64,000 nt of DNA from Octopus sinensis (lineage: Eukaryota), in NCBI RefSeq assembly GCF_006345805.1, contig NC_043001.1, positions 65,472,001-65,536,000 of the forward strand. Reading direction: 5' to 3'. The translations under genes were made by a program, and so were the position numbers. The notes under the pieces are model-generated. The model did not search any database. It saw only the letters and a program-made list of their open reading frames with translations, and was not told where the DNA came from. Positions 52,659-64,000 of the stretch are shown piece by piece (position 1 is the stretch's first letter; each line of letters begins with the position of its first letter).

Positions 52659-53869
52659 CGAGGGGCGTTCAATAAGTAATGCCCCTGACCCACTTCCCAT
52701 AGCAGTAGAGCAACGAAACTTGGCACAGTTATTAGTCTTTTTCTACATAGGAACCAACCAGAGTTACGCATTTCTCCCATCGTTTGATGCGGCTCTGGAG
52801 ACCGTTTTTGTATAAGAACCCAGCTTGGTCCTCCAACCTCAACGTGACTTCAGAAATCAAGGCTGCATCATCTGGGAAACGCTTTCCTTTCAAAAACAAC
52901 TTCATGATTGGGAAGAGGTGAAAATCAGAGGGTGCAAGGTCAGGAAAGTAGGGGGGATGGGGAGGAGTTCATAGCCATACGCCTCTGCTTCTGATCTGGC
53001 GACAAGCGAGTTGTGGACCGGAGCGTTGTCCTGCAGGAGGAGGATGCCTTTGCTGATCTTGCCCCGCCTCTTGATTTTGATAACTTCTCTTAATTTCCAC
53101 AAACGTGAAGCATAATAGGCTCCTGCAATTGTGGTACCCTTTGCCAGGAAATCTGTCATCACTACTCCGTCCTGGTCCCAGAAGACTGTGAGCATGACCT
53201 TGCCAGCGGAGGGCTACACCCTTGCCTTCTTTGGAGGGGGTGAGTCACGGTGTTTCCACTGCATTGACTGGGCTTTGGTTTCTGGATCATCGTGATGGAC
53301 CCAGGTTTCATCCTGTGTAATCAGTCTTTTGAAAAATTTTGACTCATCTTCTTGGCACATCTCCAAATTCACCCTCGAGCACTCGACGCGTTCTTGCTTC
53401 TGGACAGGCGTAAGCAACCTGGGAATCCATCTGGCAGACACCTTTTGCATATGCAAATAGTCATGAATGATAGTTTCCACAGACCCGGTACTAATCTTGA
53501 CCTCATGGGCTATTTGGCGAATAATTATGCGTCGATCTTCCAAAGTGGCAGCCTCAACTTGACGGACAGACGTCTCATCAATGGCAGAAGGGGGCGACCA
53601 GATCTGGGAGCTGTTTCCACAGAGTTCCGACCATGTTTGAATTCACGATGCCAGCGTTTTACAAGGTTATATGATGGGGCATCATTACCATAAGGTACTT
53701 TCATTTCATCAAAAGTCTCCTGTGGTGTGCGTCCTTTCAAATACAAAAACCGGATCACTGCTCGACACTCAACAGGCTCCATTTCACACTTCGGTTCAAA
53801 CACCTGTAAATCAGAAACCACAATTAATTCAGAGCTGGGTCAGAGGCATTACTTATTGAATGTCCCTCG
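52659..53869 (-). mobile_element. mariner transposon, irritans-like, both TIRs and TA TSDs intact; frameshifted transposase (53779 to ~52900)
   Basis: TA|CGAGGGGCGTTCAATAAGTAATGCC versus TA|CGAGGGACATTCAATAAGTAATGCC; MEPVECRAVIRFLYLKG, WIPRLL, ITQDETWVHH, LLQDNAPVH. Confidence 0.92.
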
Positions 53870-56320
53870 TATACTCAAGTAGCTACGGTGTTCTCGCCGT
53901 TCTCATCAACAATTCGAAAACAAACACTTTGGTTGGCAGCTCTACACTTTCTTTCTTTCCACGTTGAGTGGCACTTGAAGTTGATAATGTCTTGACCAGA
54001 GAGGAAAACCCCTGTCCTTAAAAGGCTAGAGTGAGCGGATTTATATGGGGTAAAAATAAAAGATCAACAGTTAGAACAAATATCAAGAAACAGCAGCAGA
54101 GATATAGAACAGCACGGCAGAACCTCGTCAATCACACATCCTGTTACATCACAGAAAAGTACTATTTTCCAGTTCTTTGCCCAAAACTGTCTTTTTGATA
54201 TCATCATCAACACTAATTACTAAACTTGATAATCAATTTTAATATAATTAAAGGGGTAATAATATTTAAAATATCTTTATTGACTATATCAAATATGGCA
54301 GCATCCACATCGCTGTTAACAATAGACTGCAGAAGAAAGTACAAACGTTTTAGTAATTTACAACTATTATGTATAAAGAAACCTTAAATTTGAGTAAAAA
54401 TAAAAGATTTATTAATAATGTCAGTTTCCAAGAAATACGTAGTGTGTTCTCAGTAAAATAAATACTAGGTTTCTGTTGAGTTTATCCATTTTCTTTTGTC
54501 AAATTTTTCATGGTTAAAATGAATAACATTGGTTTAGAAATTTAATTTCGAGACAAAGACACTAGGTGCAGAGGAAGCTTCATAAATGTTGTCTGTAGAG
54601 GTATAGCTCCTACGTGTGAGGTGCATAAGACACTGAAGAATTTCTTATACGCCTTCTGGACATTCAATGGAAAATCGAATTAAACTGAACTGTTTGTGTC
54701 GAATTGGTCAGACACGTGGAATACTTGCTGCTCACATGCTCCAGTGGGTTAAGTTTATCGAAGTAAATGGATAGAATTGTCGGACATTTTATGTCAGCGT
54801 TTGTTACTTACTAGGGAGAAAACACACAAGAAGAAGCTCATTATCGACTAAAATAGCTCACCTACACGTCAGCAATCTCATAGCCGAGTAGCTCTCTTCT
54901 TTACCATGTTTTTCCCCAACTATTCATCCAGGCTGCTCTTTTCCCTTTTCTGCCTGTCTCACAGATAACATGCAAAAGTGTGTCAATTAATGTACAATGG
55001 TGCATTAATTGGTTGACAATTCATAGTTTATGGAGCAATTCAGCTAAAACTATTGCGGATCCATTCTATCGTGTTTGCACTGAATCTTAAAACTCTAAAG
55101 GCTTTAAGTATCATATTCATACTTACAACATCCACCATGAAACTGATAAGCTTCATGCGAATATTATACATCAAAAGGGAATAAAGTCACAGGAGAACTT
55201 TATGACCTCATTTTTACATCTTGTATAAACGAAAAAATATGTCATCTTGATAAATTATAAAAGAAAACATTACAGTGAAATTTGCCATCAAATTATTGTT
55301 TGCAAATAGATTCGGGTTTTTATTTTTCAAATATAACTTTCATATAATAATATATACGAAGATATATATAATCGTTCTTCCTTACTCATCATCAGTAATA
55401 CAATAGCTGGGTGCGCCTTTATATTTGTTCACCGAAATACCTGCTGTAATCTACATCTGGGAGTAAATCTAATATTTGAGACACCAGTAAAAAGTAACAT
55501 AGTCATGCACAAACGATACATCCCGAACTAATATTACGGTATCGAATGTAACAGGTCTTAACATTTGATAGCTTAATATTAGTTCTAAAAGCATGAGTTT
55601 TCGCGTGTGAATTCGACTTACTGTTAAATTATATGTTTAGTAATTTGTTTTATATGTGATTCATTGCCAGAAACAAAATAATTTAACGAACAAACGATGA
55701 TAGCCTGGACTACTGACTGTTTGGCTCAGCTACAAACATGAGTAATAGCTTACCTTGCATAACTATGTCATTTCATTGGTTTAACCTCAACGTACAATAC
55801 TACATTGTTATATTTCAGATTTGGTTGACACAAATTTGATGCATTAAATCAATAAAATGAGTTTTCAATATAAAATCTCCTAGATGTGTCCACCCATTCT
55901 TTTATTCAGGCATAATATTTCTAAAACTACATCAAATAATGTCTCCTTCATCTTTTAGAGTAGTTGTGGACGATATTTTCTGTTGAAGAGGGTTCATCTT
56001 TGGAGAGATACACCCCATAAACATTAAAATCTACTAAAAGTTTGTTGCACTCCATTTATACGTAGGAAAAATATTGCGTGGAACACAAATAGAATATCAA
56101 AATAAATTTATGGGACTTTAACACTCACATCACGGGGGATTAGTATCACTGGTCACTAAAGTAAAAGATGAGTTAGTTTGCGTAGGGGACCTCGGTCATC
56201 TGGTGGTAGATCTTATAAAGTCCTCAATTCTGATGACATGGTCAAAAGACTTGGGTTCCTTAGCCCTGTGAAGAGGTCTGTTTCGACTGGGATCACCAAA
56301 TAGTAATAATGATGATGAAA

Positions 56321-56357
<37 letters not shown>

Positions 56358-56625
56358 CAATGGCAAAAGCAATTAGTTGCTCCCTATAAGTTAAATGAAA
56401 ATAAAATTGAAAACTTTGAAATTTTGAACATAGTTCAAGTACCTAAGTAACTTCCCATTACTGAAATCGAACAGTTTCAACAATATTTGACCAATTTTGT
56501 GTTGATGTTAGTTCATTGGTCGATTTGTTTGGGAATTCATTCAGAAGGAGTTTGACAGCAACGAAGACAATTATTATCATATCTATAAAAGGGAGGATGT
56601 GTGTGCGTTTGTGTGTGTGTGTGTG

Positions 56626-56738
<113 letters not shown>

Positions 56739-56947
56739 CGTACGTGATAGGAATTTATGTAAATCCACAAATTAGCACGCATGTCGCTCAAATTTTAGGA
56801 GGACATTTGTCAACATTCTATCTGGGTTTTGTCAACTTATTTTTTCCCCGAGGCACCCGCGGATAGGGTAAAAATCTATTTTCAACAATTTTCAACCATA
56901 ACTTTTAACCATAACAAATATCAGCCATTACTTTTTGATGGCGTCTA

Positions 56948-57047
56948 NNNNNNNNNNNNNNNNNNNNNNNNNNNNNNNNNNNNNNNNNNNNNNNNNNNNN
57001 NNNNNNNNNNNNNNNNNNNNNNNNNNNNNNNNNNNNNNNNNNNNNNN
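56948..57047. other. Assembly gap (100 N)
   Basis: Run of N; true distance across it is unknown. Confidence 1.
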
Positions 57048-57068
57048 TATATATATATATATATATGC

Positions 57069-57099
<31 letters not shown>

Positions 57100-57331
57100 A
57101 AGCAGTGGGAGTGAGAGAAAAAGAGAGAGAGAGAGAAAGAAAGAGAAAATGCTAGAAAGAGGTATGTTAAAATTTGGTGGAGAGAGGAAAATACTGGCGT
57201 CTAGTGGGATGTCCTCAATTAGAGAGATAAACATTATATTTTAAAGATATTCTTATCTGAGGAAATTTAGTTGTGTCATTAGTAGGTAGTAAGACTGTCC
57301 TTTTGTGGTTATATATATATGTATATAAATA

Positions 57332-58073
57332 TCTTTATATATATAAAACTAAGAATGTGTGTCTGTCTGTCTGTCTGTCTGTCTGTGTGTTTCCCTAAAA
57401 CTTGAGAACTACAGAACCAATTTCATTCAAATTTTACACATGCCTTACTTAGGGTCCATGTAGTTTCATGGGCAAAAAAGGAATGTTCAACTTCTTGCCT
57501 AGAGCGAGCCCATAGCAATATCATATCTTCTCCACTATTTCAGTATTACGTGTTAAAAGTGAAACAAAAATATTTCTCTGTTTTATGTCAGATGCTTTCA
57601 CTTAACAATAAAAAAATAATAACAATTGAATTATATGTAGTAAGTAATAATTAAAATCAAACTAAAGTATAATATAATCGTAACATACAAAAGTAAAAAT
57701 AGCAATTGGTATAAAATTGCATCAATGATTTGAACTTGAATAAGTGGTTTCACATGAATGGGAATAAATTAAAAATAAAATTAGCGTGCAGAAATGGAAT
57801 AGTCCAGATGGATAATAAAGAATTAAATTAAAGAAAAGACTATTGTCTATAAAGTATACGATGTAGAGAAAAAAAGAAGAGCTAACAATTCCAATCTGTT
57901 ATATATTTTGAGTATTGTTATCACTAGCGATATCAAGATATAACTTTGTATTTTGCATTTTATGTGTAGATGTATATATATATATAGATGTACATGTAAT
58001 ATGTACACATATATATACACATATATACATGCACTAGCACTATGACCCGGCAACGACGGGTCTTTAATGCTAG
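57332..58073 (+). mobile_element. Non-autonomous Helitron, family H2
   Basis: A|TCTTTATATATATAAAAC ... hairpin GACCCG-GCAACGA-CGGGTC, then TTTAATG-CTAG|T. Confidence 0.75.
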
Positions 58074-58127
<54 letters not shown>

Positions 58128-58666
58128 GTTTTTTTTAAAGATATAGACGTAAATAATTTCAAAGTTCAAATTTTGTCAGTTTCATGTTGTGTTTTATAAT
58201 GTTTTGTGTCTTATATTTCATGTTTCATGTTTTGCGTTTTATATTTTATAATACTCTGTATTATAAAATATATTTTAGTGAAACAGCACATGAAGAGATT
58301 ACTGAACAAAGAGTAGAGCAAGAATTGTCACTGAAAATGTAAAATGTTTCGATCTGCATTTATAGTAAAATGATATATCATTTGAATTAATTAACATCTG
58401 ATTTTTGTGGGTACAGTCATAAAATTTGAGTTTTGATTTTGGCAGAGAACATCCGGTCAGTAAGCAGTAATTTACTGCTTTCAATATAACTGCATCCGCT
58501 CACTAAATTGATGATAAAATGAATTCTCTCTAAATGGTGAAGGGATGGAGAATCTGATATTAATAACAATATAATCATGTCAATATTAAAGAAAATTAAA
58601 CTACTATTTTCCTGCAAAGAATTGTTAATAAATAGAAATGAAATTCAAACTAATTTCTCTAGTTAA

Positions 58667-59176
58667 CCATTCGTGGGCCGGCAGAGTCCCTTAGGACCCC
58701 AGCAAATTCTAAAAGTTATGCAACTTTTACATTTTTTATTTAAATGGTTTTTTTATCATCACTTTTATTGTCAATAGTTTATGTATGCTCATACAAATTT
58801 TGAATTAAAAAATTTCCCATGTTATAACATAAAATATTGTCATTGAGGGTCCAACTGGACCCATTGGTCTTCTGTGAAATAATTTTTCTGTTCTTTTTTC
58901 AGATATTCTGATGAACTATAAGTCAGTTTACTTCGTATTTGTACTGGTATCAATCGATATACTTTTTCTTTTATTCTTTTTGCTTTATTTTATATTTAGT
59001 GCTATATGTATAGCTTATAAAACCATAAAAAAAGTGCAAAATTTCTTGTTCTGTATCATGCATATATATATAAGATTAAATAAATATTACTTTTAGGATA
59101 GTGCGGAAATGCGCAAAAATAAAAGGGCATCCCAATGGCCTTTTGTGTAATTCCAACCCCGCCGGCCCACGATGGG
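58667..59176. mobile_element. piggyBac-type MITE
   Basis: TTAA|CCATTCGTGGGCCGGC ... GCCGGCCCACGATGGG|TTAA; internal GGGTCCAACTGGACCC palindrome. Confidence 0.85.
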
Positions 59177-59493
59177 TTAAATGGTCAAACAATAGTGCTT
59201 TATACTCCATATTTCATATCAATATATCTTAACTACAGACAAAACATTTCGGATGATGAAGTATTTTTACTGTCTCAGAAAATATTCCCTTTAAAAGAAT
59301 TTTATATGTAAAAATAAATTTTTTAACTATAAACAACAACTAGATTATTTTAATTAAACTTCCACGCGTGACTTCTTTTTGGCATCTACATGTGACTTTT
59401 TTTCTGGCATTGTGCATCTAGAATGCCATTATCCAACATATTCATCAGTCCACTTTTTGAAAGAAGGTAGTCGGTAAGTTGAGAATGTAATAG

Positions 59494-59880
59494 GGGCAGG
59501 AGCGGCTGTATGGTAAGAAGCTTGCTTCCCAACCACATAGTTCCGGGTTCAGTCCCACTGCGTGGCACCTTGGGCAAATGTCTTCTACTATAACCTCGGG
59601 CCGACCAAAGCCTTGTTAGTGGATTTGGTAGACAGCATCCGAAACAAGCGGAAACTGAAAGAAGCCCGTCGTATATATCTGTGTGTGTGTGTGTTTATGT
59701 GCCTGTGTTTGTCCCCCAACCATCTCTTGACAACCGATGTAAGTGTGTTTACGTCCCGGTAACTTAACGGTACGGCAATAGAGACCGATAGAATATGTAA
59801 TAGGCTTACAAAGAATAAGTCCTGGTGCTAAAGGCACTGCTCCAGCGTGGCCGCTCTCAAATGACTGAAACAAGTAAAAT
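59494..59880 (+). mobile_element. SINE family A, full length
   Basis: Same head, CORE-like segment and tail as 10072-10478. Confidence 0.85.
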
Positions 59881-60914
59881 GAAAAAAAAAAGAAAAAAAA
59901 AAGAACTGTTATTTCTAGCAGGTCAAGCGATTAAGTTAAGCACTTCTCTATATCTGGCCTACATTTCGTAAAATATAAGGGCGATTAGGCTAGCGTTTAT
60001 AAAGAGGAATTAACTGATTCTGTTAATCCATTCATTAGATCCATATCAAAATAATAAGCTTCTAGAAAAAAAAGTGCAGAATTTAAGAAGGATATTCTGA
60101 CGTCTATCCATTCCTCTAAAGTTATTAACATGATAATTGTAAGTCCTTCCGACAGAAAATCGAAACCAGCTCAATTTTAGAACTGTCTTCTACCTAATTT
60201 TGTATTCATTTTTCACAAATTTCTATCTCCGGATATTAGACGAAGTTTTGAAGACCATGATAAGATGTCTGCTTTGCCCATATTATGAACATTATGTAGA
60301 GAATGTTTGTACTGAATACTTGAGCTTAGTTACTGTAAAGAATGTGACGAACGCAGACTGCAGAGCTAATCTTCCGGTATGTTGAATCCATTGCATAGTT
60401 TCATTCTCTGATTGAAGTCATTATATTTCATTTACGTTGGTAATGATCTTGAGAAAGGTATGATCATGAAAGTTTCTAATTTCTTTTTCAAGACTTCAAG
60501 TCTATGATTAAGCAAAAAATGAAAAAAAATTATGCAACAGTAAACTCTTAATAAAAATAGCAAATTGACTTCTGTCAAGGATGTTTTCACTTTTGTTATA
60601 TTAGAGTTGATAAAATACACATTACTAAGGTGATTGAACCAAGTAAATTTATTAAATCTTATTTTCCTTACAAAGAAAATACTGTATTATTATTAGAAAA
60701 AAAATGGATGTTTATTTAGCATGTAATGGAGTTCATGAAAAAGTGTGTTCGCGTCTCCGATAAAATTCTCACTTCTATAGTTATGTTCCATTAGAGACAA
60801 CATTAAAATCATTAGTTCTCATTGCCTTTTTCCTGAAATCACCAGTTTTAGTGACTATATATTGCATAAGCAGTTTTAGTGACTATATATTACATAAACA
60901 GATAGTTTCAAATG

Positions 60915-61112
60915 TTGGCACAACGCCAGCAATTTCGATATGATGGAGTAAGTCGATTACATCAACCCAGTGCTCAACTGGTACTTATTTTATCGACCTC
61001 AAAAGGATGAAAGACAAAGTCAACTTCAGGGGAATTTGAACTCAACGTAAAGACAGACGGGATGCCACTAAGCCTTTTACCCTGCATACTAACGACTCTG
61101 CCAGCTCGCTGC
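60915..61112 (-). mobile_element. SINE B-related copy with type 2 tail
   Basis: GCAGCGAGCTGGCAGAGTCGTTAG...GAGTTCAAATTCC...GCTGGCGTTGTGCCAACATTTGAAAC. Confidence 0.7.
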
Positions 61113-61299
61113 ATTATATGTATTCCTCTATCGTTTGAAAGCAGAGTGTTGTGAAACAGTAGAGCTGTTTAAAAATGTAGAGTAGAATACTTTAAAATGT
61201 GTTTGCCACAAATTTCTTATACTGAGGTTGATCAATAAGAATCTTTCCGTCTGTCTTTATAGAATATCCTATAGGTTTAGAGTAGGCGAGCTGCCGACG

Positions 61300-63300
61300 T
61301 TTCCTAAATTCGGCAACATATCAAAATTTTCTGTCCCACTCTCAGTCAAATCTAGTGTTTCCCAAGGTTCTGTTTTGTCCCCTATTTTCTTCCTTCAATA
61401 AATCAGTGACCTACTTGTTGCCACATCCAAACGGTCCATTTTTCTACGGACGAAACAAACTATCATTGTTCCTTAAATTTCTCCAGCCATGTATCATCCT
61501 CACTCAACCTGCTTCCCGCCCGACAAATTTGCTTTCGTGCCATGAAAAGAGACATTGACAGCACTCTTTAGTGAAGTCATGCACACCTTGCATCCTTCAA
61601 CAGAAAAATCAAGAATTCAAGCACCACTCATTTCTACCCCCCCCCCAAAAAAAAACACCACTGCACCACATTTCTCCTAAACTCGAACAACCCCCAGCTA
61701 AAGCCCTCACAGTCGCTGCAAATACTGGGTCTCACTGTCGTTGAGTAACTTTCTCTGCGAATGCATTTCACTGACTGGCCCATTGCTTCAGGCCCGAAGA
61801 TATTTCAGCCCACAAAAGTTGTTAGCACTTTACAAGGCTCCTTTAATACCCACAATGTAGTAAGGGCCCACGTCTGAGAAGGTGTTGATACAACTCACAT
61901 CCTGGACCACACCCGAATATACATCTCCACTCACTAACAGACATTTTCTAGGTCCCACCTTTATTATTTCTACGACAGCGGTTTCTGTTCTTCTTCCTCT
62001 CAGGCACCCCCACCCTACTCATCTCCCTAACTTCTGATCATTCTGATCTGTAATCAGTCACCATCATGTATGACAGAAAGAAGAAAGGAAAAGAGAACGA
62101 CAAAATTAACAATGACGAAGCGAACTCCCCTGATTTCGGCGGTCATTTACTGTCCGGGAAAGAATAACGCTGCTGATGATGTTCTTGCGTGACTGCTGTG
62201 AGAAAGTGAACGACCTCACTTGAAACTCTGACAAGAAAGATAATCCTATTTTGGTAACGTTTGAGCGTTATGACAAAGAATTTTAAGTTTTCATTCGACC
62301 GAGAGAATGAACACAACTATTCGAAAGGCTCCGTTTTTAGGGTCTCCTTCCTTCCGATTCTCGTAGGAAGTATTGCGCGTTATTGCGGAATATCACTTCC
62401 ACTTAAATTTTTCCTATTTTCATGTGAAATTTTTCTCTGCTATCGATTATTGTCAAAGCTCTTAACCATACTTGGCATGTTTTCCTTAATGTATTCTAAT
62501 TGCGATTACCCGCATTTTTTTAAAGTAAGGAGTACAACAATAACTGTACAAAACGAACATTGCTACCAGTTGTACAGTAGACTACAGTCCACGTAATAAC
62601 GGTCAGATAGAAAATACACAACGTCGACCTTTGGAACACCATCTCTTTCTCATTGAAATCCAAGACTTGCATGTTTTTTTTATGTCCTTCAATTCATCAG
62701 ATCTTTACTCTGCACCAACATCAACGTAACTCACCAGCAAAAGTTAGATACGGCACAACGCCTTCCTTGAACTGTGCTAATGCGAAATCACAACGTCAAT
62801 GAAAAGACAATGTTTATGTCGGGAGATCGATTTATGAGAGTGTGTCCCACACTACGCAATATAATATTTTCCAAAAGTAAAAAGTAGAGTCTCAGTACGA
62901 CATCTAGCTCCATCTGGCGGATCTCACAATAATCTTTCAAACTTCGATGAGCGAAGATTTACCTGTCTGTCCCACAACCATGCCTGAACTACTGAGGTAC
63001 AGAAGAATCACAAAGAAACAGCAAGACTACTGAAAACCTATGGGTTTAACCCTCGGAAATCTCTGCCGAATCAGCAAAGCCAACGAGAATATGCGAAATC
63101 CATCAAAAGTTACAAGAAACTTAGTTTGGCCTTATCTTTGTTCTACCTGATCCGCGAAAAATGTCGAAGTAGTCTCTTCCTCTGTCCATCTAGATAACGA
63201 GATTATCATAACTCATATTAACCAAAGGGTCCTACACTGTAGACATCCTATCATCTTCTTGCGGGGCGAATGCTATGTCCTACGTTTCATCTTTTCCATT
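61300..63300. mobile_element. Old LINE debris: CR1-like RT pieces on + (61300-61410, ~62640-63300) around a possible L1/Tx1-like ORF2 C-terminus on - (61410-62630)
   Basis: SQGSVLSPIFFLQ*ISDL resembles PQGSVLGPLLFLIYINDL; KIYLSVPQPCLNY resembles LY.S.VRP.LEY. The minus-strand piece is only weakly recognisable. Confidence 0.4.
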
Positions 63301-63702
63301 TATATCTGTTAATCCATTGTTCCGTGCTTCACTAAACCAATACAATCGCTCATATCAAGTCTACTTCGTGATAACCTATACCAACTGTGTCTTTGAACTT
63401 CATTTAATGATGGAAACGCGAGGTTAGACTAGTGCAAGACTATCACTAATTTTCAATATTCGCTTTTTGTTTCCAAGTTCAAAGTCTATTAATGGAGGCA
63501 TTTATTACTTTTCCTTTGTCAAATAACCATCAATAACAATTTACTTGTTTACTTATTATATTTATATACGCATATTTTATTAAGTTCTCATAACAAACAC
63601 ATTATACAGATTAATCTATAATATACAATAACAGTGATTCAGTATATTTACTGTATATGGTAAGTGATTCAGAAGATGCTTATATACATTAAGAGTGATT
63701 CA

Positions 63703-63733
<31 letters not shown>

Positions 63734-63735
63734 CG

Positions 63736-63790
<55 letters not shown>

Positions 63791-63850
63791 AAAGGGGTGA
63801 CAAGTTCAGAAAAGAAGCTACATCCGCTACACTATATTTAAAAGATTTTT

Positions 63851-63894
<44 letters not shown>

Positions 63895-63896
63895 TA

Positions 63897-64000
63897 GTAT
63901 TGTTGTTATACATACATACATACATACAAGCATACGTAATTATAATAATAATAAGTGGATGTAAACACATGAACAAAATAAGAATAAACAAAAATAACAA
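63897..64000 (+). repeat. Start of a second copy of the 949-1340 repeat (runs off the window)
   Basis: GTATTGTTGT...CATACAAGCATACGTAAT.ATAATAATAATAAGTGGATGTAAACACATGAACAAAATAAGAATAAACAAAAATAACAA matches 949-1050. Confidence 0.85.

Noticed and set aside
58430-58470. Plus-strand 14-nt micro-exon (ttttggcag|AGAACATCCGGTCA|gtaagc)
   Set aside because: No partner exons or plus-strand gene in the window; expected by chance.

Overview
Eukaryotic, visibly AT-rich, microsatellite- and transposon-dense DNA. The SINE families and repeat style point to an octopus (coleoid cephalopod) genome; this is inference from recognition, not a database hit. Only one convincing host coding exon is present: a 206-bp minus-strand exon (1973-2178) encoding the N-terminal part of an F5/8 type C (discoidin) domain of a lactadherin-like protein. 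Most of the window is therefore probably one long intron or 5' flank. The rest is repeats: RTE, CR1-like and L1/Tx1-like LINE remnants, a cluster of R4/Dong-type restriction-like-endonuclease retrotransposons in (TAA)n tracts (24.5-34.8 kb), Penelope-like (GIY-YIG) remnants, four Tc1/mariner relics (two D,D34D-type, one DD41D, one fragment), four non-autonomous Helitrons, piggyBac and pogo-type MITEs, two tRNA-derived SINE families and a 100-N gap. Almost all ORFs in the supplied track are microsatellite artefacts. Most interesting: (1) a gag-knuckle-only retroelement and a SINE family share a 3' tail and are chained at the same 11-bp site inside the SINE head (20470-22528), suggesting a SINE-targeting retrotransposition system; (2) about ten minimal hammerhead-ribozyme-like motifs of several families, including a tandem pair and an apparent 3' transduction; (3) a near-perfect 269-bp-arm palindrome with a 4-nt loop (40216-40757) and a 118-bp-arm hairpin (38726-38983); (4) a (TAA)n-targeted R4/Dong cluster with a candidate non-autonomous partner and a gene-conversion-like tract. 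Repeat boundaries were read by eye and may be off by a few to tens of bases.
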